From Lingula anatina (taxonomy: Eukaryota > Animalia > Brachiopoda): a stretch of 64,000 bases of DNA. Under the pieces are notes generated by a model. It saw nothing but the letters and a program-made list of their open reading frames with translations. It was not told the origin of the DNA and made no database searches. The stretch is taken from NCBI GenBank assembly GCA_051362555.1, contig CM120643.1, positions 19,100,848 through 19,164,847 on the forward strand, in the 5' to 3' direction. The first letter of the stretch is position 1; each line of letters starts with the position of its first letter. Position numbers and translations under genes: made by a program. Below, piece by piece: positions 1 through 11,948 of the stretch.

Positions 1-1
1 C

Positions 2-778
2 TGCTTCCTGCATATATTTACAAACGAAGAGAATGCGTGCTCATTCCAAATCCAGGCGTTTGAAATTCCAGCTTCATTCCAAAGACTGTACCCTGGCTGT
101 CCTTACTTCGGTTTGACGCCAGATGGCGCTAAAATGGGCGTGGTTCCTTCTTCTCAAACTGAACCGTACCTCGTGAACAATTCAGGTGGTGACTTGGAAG
201 TCAGACTGTCGTTAACGGGAGCAAAGCGTATAAAACTAATGCACAGACTCCTTCGTGCTGACGATGAAAATAATGTGTATGAAAACTGTGATCGTTTTGC
301 TTTGCAGCAGCGTCGTGGGGACAAAATCTCCTCCTTTTTAATACGAACATTCCGCCCAGACTTCTACATCTTCGAAATCAATGCCGCTCCGGAGGACGAT
401 CTCAGTCACGGCACCGTGGTTTACAGAGTCTTAGTTGAGTGCTCTGTCCCCTCCAGTGAGCCGGACCCGTTTCCAATTGCATTCCATCACTGGAACAAAG
501 CCGGGCGCCTGCACCACCCAATGATGAGTGAGCTAGAACAAGGGAACAAGATACCGTTCAAAGTGGAGGTGCCATCTGCCCAGAAAGTCGCCGTAGTGGT
601 CGGCAACGAGTGGAACCACCTGGCACAGACGGACGAGGAGAGGGGGATATTTGAAGGCACGGTGTACACAGGAGATAGACAGGGGAAACTGAAGGTTTAC
701 GGGAAAATTAGCAATAAGTTTCAGCCTATGCTGGAGTACAAAGTTAGACCGTACATAAGGTATTCCCGGGGGAAATGA
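2..778 (+). CDS. C-terminal part of a hillarin / kyphoscoliosis-peptidase (KY) / LTD-1-like protein (Ig-like repeat region), partial at 5' end
   Basis: Frame 2 is open from the window start (CFLHIFTNEENACSFQ...) through ORF 113..778 to TGA. The segments 'LHHPMMSELEQGNKIPFKVEVPSAQKVAVVVGNEWNHL...FEGTVYTG...KLKVYGK...FQPMLEYKV' resemble the C-terminal Ig-like repeats of KY/hillarin proteins. AATAAA at about 2003 and 2396 could end the 3' UTR. Confidence 0.7.
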   Translation, partial: CFLHIFTNEENACSFQIQAFEIPASFQRLYPGCPYFGLTPDGAKMGVVPSSQTEPYLVNNSGGDLEVRLSLTGAKRIKLMHRLLRADDENNVYENCDRFALQQRRGDKISSFLIRTFRPDFYIFEINAAPEDDLSHGTVVYRVLVECSVPSSEPDPFPIAFHHWNKAGRLHHPMMSELEQGNKIPFKVEVPSAQKVAVVVGNEWNHLAQTDEERGIFEGTVYTGDRQGKLKVYGKISNKFQPMLEYKVRPYIRYSRGK

Positions 779-2959
779 CATTGAGATGGGGGAAGAGGTT
801 AACCTGATAAGGGAATAGACACCCAGTTGTAAAGTGGCAATTGACATTACAGTACCCATAATGAATCGATGTTTGGGTTGTTTTATAGTGCACTCCAATG
901 ACTGATCAAATGATGGCGGGTGAAGTTCTTAATTTTTAAACATTATCCACTTTGAAAAAAATTCCGAAGTTAGTGTTCAAGCTACCCAGTAATGACAGCT
1001 AAGAACCAGGTTTAGAAATCGTTGGTTTTCCCATGGGCTGCTTCACTAAGAAGCAAGCGAGAGCTAATAGTTGGCACTTGCTTACATATGCTGAATATTC
1101 GGAAATTTCATAGTAAACAGAAGTCGCTAGTTTACGGTTCCGTCTTCGAACAGGCCAAGGTCACATCGCAAAATTTGTCAACATTTTCTCTGCCACCACC
1201 TGACAGGGCATGCAGTCCTGCGATGAATGATATAATAATGTATATAAGTAGTGTGGCTTATTGAAATATATTGTCATTGTCTAATAACGTAGACGTTGAG
1301 AGCGCTTTCATATGTATATACAGTAATATACATTATAGTGTTAAGATTGTCTTACATTTTCTTATAACGCATTTATTTTCATATCTTCCAAATGGGACCA
1401 TTAAAAAAATTAAATGACTGTTATGTAGTACCATCCAATGCAAATTTCTATTTATAAATATCTGTATTGGTATATACAAATGAGTGGATATCGCAAATAT
1501 TCTTAACTGTATGGGGTTGTGCATTTTTTGTTTTGGTGTCTGTATGCTGAACATATATTCGCCATTTAAATATTTGTTTGCAAATTTGGTGTATTAATTA
1601 TCAAATTCTGCATTTTTCTAACAATAGCTGCATGTTATCTAGTGCACCGAGGGTCTCCTTGTTTAGCGTTTGAATTGTTTTTATAGTACATGTACATTTG
1701 TTTTTGTGTGTTATCTTATTTTGCCAAAATATTTGTATTATGACCAAGTCATATTGTACGCTGTTGTTTTAGGCTAAACTGCTTTAGTTGACACGTTTTA
1801 GTAGTCATTTGTAGGGCCTTTTCCTGTAACAGATAGACTGAAACGCACGCACGCACGCACGCACCCACACATACACATTGCGTGCTGAAGATTTGAAAGA
1901 GAATTGCACACAAGGTTGAATTTTAACAGGTTAACACAAGCTTACATTGTGGTTAGAAGTTGTCATATGTTTGTACATATTATGCATATTCAGGTTGTGA
2001 AAAATAAAATTTATACAGATTCCTTTTACAAACAGTAAGGCAGCCAGTCTCAGAGGAGTTTCATTTAGTTGTATCTTGTTTCGTTTTCTGGGTTTGTCAG
2101 GAAGATATAGACATATTATAGATATAATTATTTTTACTTATTTGATTGTTTTAAAGGTGCTAGATGTATCTTTTATTTTAGGCCGACATGTGATGTGTCA
2201 CATGTTTACACACACAACCGCCTTATTTACACAAGTGAAACTGTAAAAATGTATAAATTTGATTTCAGTTATAATTATTTTGCTTGAAATATTTAATCTA
2301 TGTTCTGCCCTGTTTGATGGAATTCATTCTTTACTTTACTTGTTTTTATTGCACCCTTCAAAAAGGTTGTGCACGTAGTTTTATGCAAAGAACTGAATAA
2401 ACTGTTAAATACTGATTAAAATTGTTTTACTTTATTATTTAAAACAACTGAGAAAAATTAGAACAATAATATTATAATTATTTGGAGTGTAAAATTCTGT
2501 TTAACCTACATACATATCTTCCCTTGGTTTGAAATAGCATCGGCTACTCTCAGTTTGTGAGAACGACATTGCAATGGCAAAGAAAAGATAATAAAATATA
2601 AGGTACAACTACCACATTTTTTTAGCTGGAAGCGGAGCCAGTATGGCCAATGTTCTCTATTTACAGCACCCTTTAAAATGGCTATGCACCTCCATGGTTC
2701 ATATCTATTTTTGAAGAATTTTTAATATACCGATTAAAATTGTGCTCCATTCTTTCACTGAAAACAGAATATTAATATACTTTGGATATAAGGCCTATAT
2801 TAACAATATTGATTGAAAGAGAGAAATACTTAATAAGCTACATATTTTCCCTTGATCCAAAATAGCTGGAAAACAGCATTGCCATCGCAAAGCAGGTTTT
2901 TTATTGGACAAAGGATAATTTTTAAAAACTAAAAGGTCCTCTTAGATAAGAAACGTAGG

Positions 2960-3043
2960 GTCAGGATGGCCGAGCGGTCTAAGGCGCTGCGTTCAGGTCG
3001 CAGTCCACTTCTGTGGGCGTGGGTTCGAATCCCACTCCTGACA
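2960..3043 (+). tRNA. tRNA-Leu (anticodon CAG)
   Basis: GTCAGGATGGCCGAGCGGTCTAAGGCGCTGCGTTCAGGTCGCAGT...GGGTTCGAATCCCACTCCTGACA: acceptor stem GTCAGGA/TCCTGAC, A and B boxes, long variable arm, and a T-run (Pol III terminator) at about 3057-3061. Confidence 0.97.
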
Positions 3044-3648
3044 ATGTCTATTTACAATTTTATCAATCGACATAAATATGTTCACTCATAGACAGATGTC
3101 ACTGGCTTTTTACCAGTAAAATCTCTTCATGTGATTGTTCGCGCAAAACAAACACACCTCTCGCCCAAGTTGAAGCCATGACAGGCAAACACGAGCAAAA
3201 TTGAACCTGAAAACCCATACCTAAAAAATAGAAATCAATCATTTAATGATTATTTACAAATATTAAGTAAGATACAGTTTAGTTTATTAGAAAAATCAAT
3301 AAAACGGATAACATGTAAATGAAAATACATGTAAATAAATACGAACACACATATGTTAAACACTCGTCCCTCATCCACATATCCATGTTCGTTTTGGTCA
3401 TTTCATTAGCCTACAGTCTCATCAATCCCTAAACATCGATGAAAAATACTTGACCTCAAGAAAGTCGAACCAAATAAGTGCTCACCAGTTACTTGATTAG
3501 GCCTACATGATTTATTTTACATGCATGTTTTTTTACTTATTTGATTGTTTTAAAGGTGCTTATTTTAAGCAGATACCCCAAAACAAAGGAATTCGTCCGT
3601 CCAATTTTTTTAACGGCAAAAAATGGCCTCTGTTATGAATCTAACGTT

Positions 3649-3732
3649 GTCAGGATGGCCGAGCGGTCCAAGGCGCTGCGTTCAGGTCGCAGTCCACACT
3701 TGTGGGCGTGGGTTCGAATCCCACTCCTGACA
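3649..3732 (+). tRNA. tRNA-Leu (anticodon CAG), second isodecoder
   Basis: Same cloverleaf as 2960-3043, differing in the D-loop (GGTCCAAGG) and variable loop (CCACACTTGTGG). TTTT at about 3745. Confidence 0.97.
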
Positions 3733-4410
3733 AGCCCTATCGTCTTTTGACATTACACTTCAGTACTCTTTTCGCCTGGGAAAATATTTCATTTGTGTGT
3801 TTGATGATATAATCAAATGTTAACGCAAAAATAAAGAGTATATTAAAATATGTTTGTAGCTTTCCAGGTTGAATGCCTCCCCCCCCCCGCCCCCCTCCCC
3901 CCCGGGAATTTCCAACACAACTTAAAAAATGATAGCTGCGTTTACCCTCTATTAAATAAATTATTTATACATTAAAAAAGACAAAGATGCGATACATAAA
4001 CTTATGAACATCACAGAACGAGTACATAATTATATGGACATTAATAAATAGGCACATATATATTCCCTCTTCTTTGAATAAAATCCATGGTCACGCTGAC
4101 TTGACGACTGACCCGCTCCCTCGCCCTACATGCTCTACCCAAAGACTAGAAACCCATTTGAACAGTAATGTACTTTCTGATGAAAGAAATAATCTTCACC
4201 GCTGTATGACCCGCCGATTCTTAGGTTTAGCCAAGGATACACAGGGAAGCAGAGTTAATAAACTCTGGGATAAAATACATGATATATTATATTAATCTCT
4301 CGCCCCTCGCTTGGCACACTCTCACTCTCCGAGCAGGGGCTTGAGTAGATACAGAGTTCACACTGTTTCGGACTTGCCTTGTATGCTTTTCGGTGAAGAT
4401 AGTGTTCACC

Positions 4411-7395
4411 ATGAAAACCTGGCTCCTTCTGACCGTAATATTCACGACGTTACGTGGTAAGTATTACGCTCAGTACTTGGTTTTCGGTACCTCTGGTTAA
4501 TTAGGCTATATGTCAAAGGTATTTTCACAAAACGCTTGATGATGCTGAACGGTAGGTGAGGGAACATGGTGCATGATATCAACCTGTCTTCTTCGGGAAC
4601 TATATCCCATTTGAGTCTGATAACGTTAGGGGATAACATCACGGCCTCTACATTAGTATGTGCGACGCGGTGAGAAAGACTACATGTCCTTGATAACATA
4701 CAAACTTTGGGGGGTTGCAGGTTTACTTTTATTTCCATTTCATTTTACGTGATTGTTATAATCATCACATCTATGCAAGTGAACCAAGCAAATTTCTTCA
4801 TATGCTATGGCATCCCTGTAGGGCTAAACCTGAAAAAAGACCATGCTGCAAGCATAAACACCATCGTGCACGGAACACCAGTACAAGCGATAAAACAGAA
4901 TTTAGATACAGACCTACTGATCCCTTGGGCACACCATAACATGCATAATGGCAGTAATGGTTTATATGCATGTATTTAGGGTAACATGTACCTAGTGTGT
5001 GGCAGATGCCTGTAAGTGTATCATATATTAAACTCGATGACTGCAGTGACGAGCGAGTTACCTGGCAAAAACCTGCTCGAAATACAGGAGCAGCTGGCTT
5101 TTATAGACGACCTTAGTTTACCTGTCAGTGGGTGAAATGTCAGCTATATTAGTATTTTCATTATTCTTTTCCCCTTTTTAAAAAGATCGAGGATCCCTTA
5201 AGTTTTACATGCCTGGTGAGTAGCACATTGATACTCGTGTTGTGTTGATTAGCATGCAGTTTCAAAATATTTCTAGTCAAAAATCAAAAAGGAAATTAAA
5301 TGATAATGGAAAATTTATGCCCAGAAATATTTGACTTTAAAAGATTCACAAAACTATAGTGCAGTTCAGCACTTGATTATGTTATGAATTATTTTACATT
5401 TATGCCGGTTTCAGTGTCCACAGCTGTTCTTTGCTATGAGTGCAGATCCCACTTCTCAATGGAGTGCGCTGACCCGTTCCAGCACGCGGGCACGCACCGG
5501 ACAGAGTGCGACCGTGCCTGTGCTAAGATGAAGAAGGTCTCAAAACTTGCAGGTAATAACGCACATATTGTACCGGCCAGTAGGCCTACATCACGTATAT
5601 ACACATGTAGGCAACAAGTGCAATTAACGCACTGAAACATACCTACGCGTACGCGCACACACAGGCACGCAAACACGCGACTCACCCTAAAATACCACCC
5701 TGAATGCGCACAATTTGAAACTGAAACCCTTTTTCCTTTTTTAAGAAATGCTTCAGAACACTAGCACTAAAAGTATACCATTTTTATCGCGTTTTTCTCT
5801 TTTGCGGTTATGTGCTTGACCCTCAAAAATGTATTTGGGCCAAGTTAAGCATCAGCCGAAACATTACCACTGGACCTTAAGTTGCTTAAAGTTCAACAAC
5901 GGTATACAGTATGTGCTCTTTAATATAGTCATACAGGTACACATGTGCTTTAATTTAGGAGTTAATCACAGAACGAGCGTTAGTGAACCATGTCATATTC
6001 CAGTATTTAGCGGGGCACGGTGCCTCGATTTTCGTGTTCTACATATGTATCTTCATTCTTGGCATAAAACACGGAGTGGAAGGGAGATGCCTAGATGCAC
6101 CAGTAGATCCAGTAGATGTTACTTAGGGAAGACAGATAATAAGGTCGGGTACTTGGCACTGAGAGAGAAATGCAGGGGTAGAAAGCAGTTTTGCCTCCTC
6201 CCCTCACCATTCAACCAGCCCCAACAAAAACAAATTAATTCACGAAAAAAAGGATAAAGCCTATAAAAATCTGCTATGCTCGCGAAACATCATATGTTTT
6301 ATAAATTATAATAAATTTCGTCTACCGACCCTATCTACAGAGAAAGAGCCGTTGTTCGTTAACCAACACATCAATTTTGTCTGACCTTACGGCACTTCTG
6401 TCTCATTTGAGAATTTTTATTATCTGTTTGTCAAAAAGAGCTGAAGAACTTATTTTCGAAAACAGGCAAATTCCCGCTGGTTAACTCCTCAGTTTCGGAA
6501 AACTCAGACCTTCGCCACGACAGCTCTACTCTCATTATCAATTAGTTCATTGACTTATGTGACTAGATTGTCGCAAAATCTAACCTTTTCTAAATAAGCA
6601 CATTACTGACCTTTCCTGAAAATCTGACCAAAATCCGCCCTCAACTTTTTGAGTTACGTTTTTAAATAACAAAACCAACACAGGCAACAAAAAAAAAAAA
6701 AAAAAAAACTGCAGCTGGCGGAGGCGTATTGAACAGTGGGCGTCTACAATGGTGTGTTGCAATCAACTACCTCATTCACAAAGAGATCAAAGCTGAGGCC
6801 TTTACAAAACTAAGACAGATTATAAAGATGCTAACATCTCACAAGGCAATCAAGGCACCGCATACTTATTTACGGGAAGTAACAGAGAGGACCAAGTCTG
6901 GCACTTTGTATAGGGGTGCTAGTATCAATTTTGATGAAAATTCGTTCGTTTAATTATTAGACTTATTTATTCTATTTTCATACGTTAAAATACAAAATGG
7001 ATAATGAAGCAATATAGACCACATTTAAGTTCCACTAATTCCATAAAGAGAAGAGTTCGATCTTCAGAGAAAAAAAAAGATTTTTGAATTATTTTGTTCA
7101 TATTAGACTACAATTTCAACGACGCAAGTCACAAAAAAAAAAAACATTTTGTTTTAATCTTTCAGATGGCAGCGCAACAACAGTTCAAATCTGGCGTCAG
7201 TGCTACACACCAACCTTTCCAAAAGATGGCTGCATTGTGAAGACAGATAGTGAGGACGATTCTACTACCACTTTGTGCTCCTGTCACGAAAAGTTGTGTA
7301 ACAATGCACCAAAAATGGCTACTGGCAGCGGTCGTCTGCTCTTCCTCATCAACAGTATAATGGCCGCCTACTGGACTTATTGTGAATTTTTATAG
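4411..7395 (+). CDS. Ly6/uPAR three-finger protein, quiver/sleepless-like, putative GPI anchor (paralogue A)
   Basis: Exons 4411-4456, 5415-5552 and 7166-7395, with GT-AG phase-1 introns. Protein: MKTWLLLTVIFTTLRVSTAVLCYECRSHFSMECADPFQHAGTHRTECDRACAKMKKVSKLADGSATTVQIWRQCYTPTFPKDGCIVKTDSEDDSTTTLCSCHEKLCNNAPKMATGSGRLLFLINSIMAAYWTYCEFL. It has a signal peptide, a 10-Cys LU domain (LCYEC...CADPF...CxCxxxLCN) and a hydrophobic C-terminus. Confidence 0.9.
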
Positions 7396-9267
7396 TGCGA
7401 CCTATACGTGTAAAATACAGCAATACAGTATATCTTCTGTTCGGTGCATTTACTTACGGAGGTTTTGCCAGGGTTTAGCTAGATAATGACCCGTATGATA
7501 AGTCAATGCAGATAGGATAGGACGCCTCCTGTCGGTCTGAAAGTTCAGTGGTCAGGGAGTTAATTGGTCTGCAACAGATTGAACAAGCTTGGTGTAAATG
7601 TCTCACTTGTCCTTACATATTTTCTTTGCTTTTGAAACAGGGAAACTATCCAGTTACCGACCAACCAGCTTTTAGACAAATTGAACTTCAGGCAACTGAA
7701 CTGACGACATTTGCCCTGTCTCTGTGTCTGGCGAATGGCCGTCTATTTGACGTCACTCAGGTTTCAGATGGTTATGCAATCCCTTCTCGACGGGTTTTGA
7801 AAACTTACAGATGATTCACTGAACTACACATAGAAAGCGGAGGGAACGCCAGAGAAAAAAACTATTGTTTTACAGAACTCGTTCTATTTGATAAAAAATT
7901 GTATTGAAAATAGGCCTATCATTTCTGGTGAACGTTTTATCTATGTTAGTAATGTAACCGTTCATATGTTGTCACTGGTTATGTAAGATATGTGGATTTT
8001 TAAAATAAAATCATATCATCCAATACCTACGTGGATCCTTTTGTCGGTTAATTTTAGGCATAATTATTTTAATTTTTTAACATTTCATTCAAATAAACTT
8101 CCAGTAACACTGAAGCATTTTATCCAAGACAAATAATTGATTACAAGACAGAGGAATGTTTGAGAAAAAAACGCTGTTCAACGCTCTCATATTTAACATC
8201 CGAAGGTTATAAATATAGCTTACAGACGGACTAGGCCTACCTGTATAGGGAAATAAATACTGCTTCGGTTGGTGAAATGCTTCAGTTGTCCCAAACGACA
8301 CTTAGGCCTGCACATAGATATCTGTCACAACCCAGCACAAAGTTCTGCTCGCGATGCGTGGTTGCTCCAGTTGCTTTCTTGAGTCCCTCCCCTCTCTACC
8401 AGGGGCGGATCCGGGATAAATTGGAGGGGGGGGGGGGTGACCTTACCCCCCCCCCCTTTTTTTTCATAGATATTAGGTCTCTTGTCAATAAAAGTTTTTA
8501 ACACATGCAAAATAATGAAGGTAACAGAGCGTTTTGATAGTAGGGTTATACATTGTATATTGGTTAGACCATCAACATTATCCTAACGTTCTACACTGCC
8601 ACTGTTATTATCATTGATCCGAGGAACGTTGCCAGCAAGTTCTATTTTAATACGTTATTAAAACGTAGGCCTATATACATTTTGATGAAATTTACAAATT
8701 ATACATTTTTGTTAATTTTGGCAAAAACACATGAACCTTTTTCATACTTTGCATCACTACAATTTGCACAACTTAAATCATCAAATCTAGTATTGAAACG
8801 TCCTTACAATGATATAGGAAAATTATATCCAAATGAATTAGTTCCATATGCCATAGAACAAAAACTCATGAGAGTTTTTTTAAAACCAGGATTGTACATT
8901 TATATAAATTTGAACTATAAAATGTAGGTTGTTGGAAACCATTTTAGATGTTTTATTTCAGTGCGCTTAAACAGCTTGGAGGGGTTATTTAGAAAATACT
9001 GGTCATTTTACAACTATTTAAAATTTAGGTACCACAGAAAAACCACAACCAGTCAACCACAAAAACAATGACATTATTTACAGATCAGATTGAATTTGAA
9101 AGTCCTCAAACACTAAAAATAACCCATTTTCCATTATGATTACTACTATCCTTAGTAATTTCACAACAAAGTGAAAAATAAAACGCCAAATTACAAAAGT
9201 TTTTTATTGAGTTTTCATATAATATAGATATAAGACGGAGCGTGGGTTCCTGTGTGTGAAACAAAGG

Positions 9268-9321
9268 CTAGACTTCATAGTTTGGTTTCAGGCGGATGCT
9301 GTGCAGAATCTCGTTGAGCTC
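9268..9321 (-). other. Candidate isolated terminal exon (ELNEILHSIRLKPNYEV*)
   Basis: Strong acceptor TTTTATCTTTTCAG, a 54-nt open frame to TAG, and AATAAA about 60 nt downstream on the minus strand. No upstream exons identified. Confidence 0.3.
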
Positions 9322-9573
9322 CTGAAAAGATAAAATAATGTTTCCCACTCAGATCTAAACAGACAGGCTCTGTACATTCTAATAATGCATGTAATATCAC
9401 AGGGCAGAGGGCACATATAAATGGAATGGCGTTCACGTTTATTAACAAGTCTGATGTTCAGGTTCAGCTAGCGTAAAACCAAAATTATGATCTGGAATTA
9501 GTTAATGATATAAGTATTTGAGGCCTTTTGTTAAAAAGTAACACTGATAGCACAATCCGTTTCATTTGCATTT

Positions 9574-10708
9574 ATCATATATGAAAGTAGTTTAGTGCAT
9601 ATGGTAGACAGTGGCGGATATAGAGGGGGTCCTGACCTCTCCCTTCGGTTTCTGCTATATCACACCAACGACATCAATATCACACCAATATTCCCCTCTT
9701 GAAATTAGAATTATGACTAGCTAAATCATAGTTCTAAACCGTACCAAAGGGCACTGTTTGCTCTCCTGAAAACCAAAAAATTTTCGAGGCCCTTGAGCAG
9801 ACCCCAAACCCCACACCAAGGGGACGATGGTCAGCTGTCGTTCCACCCCACCCCCCCTTATAATAATCCTGGATCATTTGCAAGGTGGGTGCGGTTATCG
9901 TTAAAACATTCCTCTTGATATTAAAAATTATAACACGTGTTGTAGTACATGTTAACGCATATCAGAGAAAGAGATCATTTACAAATTCTCTTCGAAAATT
10001 ATAACAAATATATTGCACATATATAATACGTTTTCATACAGTGAACCGTGTAATGGATGGACAACACACGCCACTATGGAGACGACAGGCTGTGTAAAAT
10101 ATGTATCTGTCAATCATTGTGCAATGAGCACTCGAAATCCTTGGATCAGAAGCTCAGAACGGTGACAAGCATCATCCAATTAATTAATTTGGGTGGTAAT
10201 ACTTACATTTAAACACACACGACATTTTAAATTGGGTCAAAATATTCAAAATTAACTGTCTAGACCGAGGCATATAGATGATTAAACTGAGGGTTACAAA
10301 GTGCAGAGGATTTCAAGCAAACTTAGGTTATCATCAAGAGTCAGATGAATGCGCCGTTTATGCTGACATTTGGAGTCGAAATGCACTGTAAGCAATAATT
10401 TCTACAATTATGATTGATATACAAGTAACAATGGAAATATAGTAAAAGGATTCATGTCATTAATATTTGCCGTAAATATTTTTCTCATTGTTTTGCGCCT
10501 TTAGTATTTAATGGATGTGGTAAATGAAGAAATAGTGATACTCACAAATATACATTTGCTCCCACGCCTCATAAAAGCTCGACCTTCTGACTGCACCACA
10601 CATACTGTTGCGTCTACACCAGACTCTAACTGCCAAGTGAGCATTCGGGAAGACCGCTCATGAATCATATCATATCATATCATTTTGAATTTCTCATTGT
10701 CTTATAGG

Positions 10709-10769
<61 letters not shown>

Positions 10770-11307
10770 CAACTTGTATCAGATTTTCAACTTGTCTTTC
10801 ATGTGGTCAGGCCCTTGATAAAACGTCAAGGTTCTTATGAATGAGTATAGGGCCTTCATGTTACAAGGACTGAATACACTAGTTTGGTGGGTTCTAGTAG
10901 GCCCTATTACTACTGAAAAAAAAAAATGCTTGGTCTCTTTATTTATTTTGTCGACTGACTTATTAAGGCCTAGGCCTACCAATCAGACAGTTAACAGGGG
11001 TGGATCCAGGATTTATTATAAGGGGGTGGGGTGGGGGGTGAGAACGACAGCTGACCATCGTCCCCTTGGTGTGGGGTTTGGGGCCTGCTCCAAGGGCCCC
11101 AAATTTTTTTTGGTTTTCTGGAGAGCAAACAATGGTACGGTTTAGAACTATGTAGGCCTACATGTATGATTTAGCTAATCATAATTCTAATTTCAAGAGG
11201 GGGAATATTGGTGTGATATATTTTTCAAAAACCGAAGGGGGGAGGTCAGGACCCGCTCTAAATCCGCTACTGTCCACCATATGTATTAAACTACTTTCAT
11301 ATATGAT
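9574..11307. repeat. Inverted pair of ~300-bp MITE-containing repeats (9574-9875 and 11003-11307)
   Basis: The arms are reverse-complementary over about 300 bp (e.g. CCCCAAACCCCACACCAAGGGGACGATGGTCAGCTGTCG vs CGACAGCTGACCATCGTCCCCTTGGTGTGGGGTTTGGGG). Element ends are CAGTGGCGGAT / CAGGGGTGGATCC...ATCCGCTACTG. A related copy lies at about 23214-23400. Confidence 0.85.
10711..10768. repeat. (TA)n microsatellite
   Basis: Pure TA run. Confidence 0.95.
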
Positions 11308-11948
11308 TGATTTATATTTTTGATTATTATTATAACCGTGTGTGTGTGTGTGTGTTGTGGGGGGGGGGGGGGGCACACACACACACACGAGGGGGGGGGG
11401 GTTCAAAGCACATTTCACGTGCGCGTATTTGTACACCCTAAACGCGTTTGATTGAAAAAAAGTACAACATCATTTCTCTTGAGACAGACAAAATATTATC
11501 CCTAAACACGTTATAAAATTTCCCTCCTTAAAAATCAAAGGAAAACCCATGTATCATTTATGTACCTGATTCATATTGTGTTACTCCTTTCCCTAAATAA
11601 GAACGTGTGCAGGACCTTTTCATGCCCCCCTCCCCCCCCCCCCCCCCCCCCCCCCCCCTCACTTTCACCTGAACAGACCGGGTGCTGTAGAAAATCTAGT
11701 TTGTTTTTATTGATTCACTGGAAAGAAGGTCGTAAGAAAAAAAACTGTGCTGATCAATAAAAAATAACGCATGCGCTGAGAGAAGGTCACTTCAATGTCG
11801 TTTTATGAAGGTTAACATAAACGGGTTAAATAGGCTAGGCTCACCTAAATGCTCCGCATTGTGCTTATGCACATAATTCAGTCTGCGTCAGTGACAGAAG
11901 CTATTACTGTGCGTAGCTCGTGTTTTTAGCGTGAATATACGGTGCAAG

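Noticed and set aside
487-898. Minus-strand ORFs of 60 and 121 aa
   Set aside because: Antisense shadows of the hillarin/KY-like CDS.
3541-3750. 69-aa ORF
   Set aside because: It overlaps the tRNA-Leu gene and is a chance reading frame.
5829-6257. 142-aa ORF in Ly6-A intron 2
   Set aside because: No recognisable domain or supporting splice structure.
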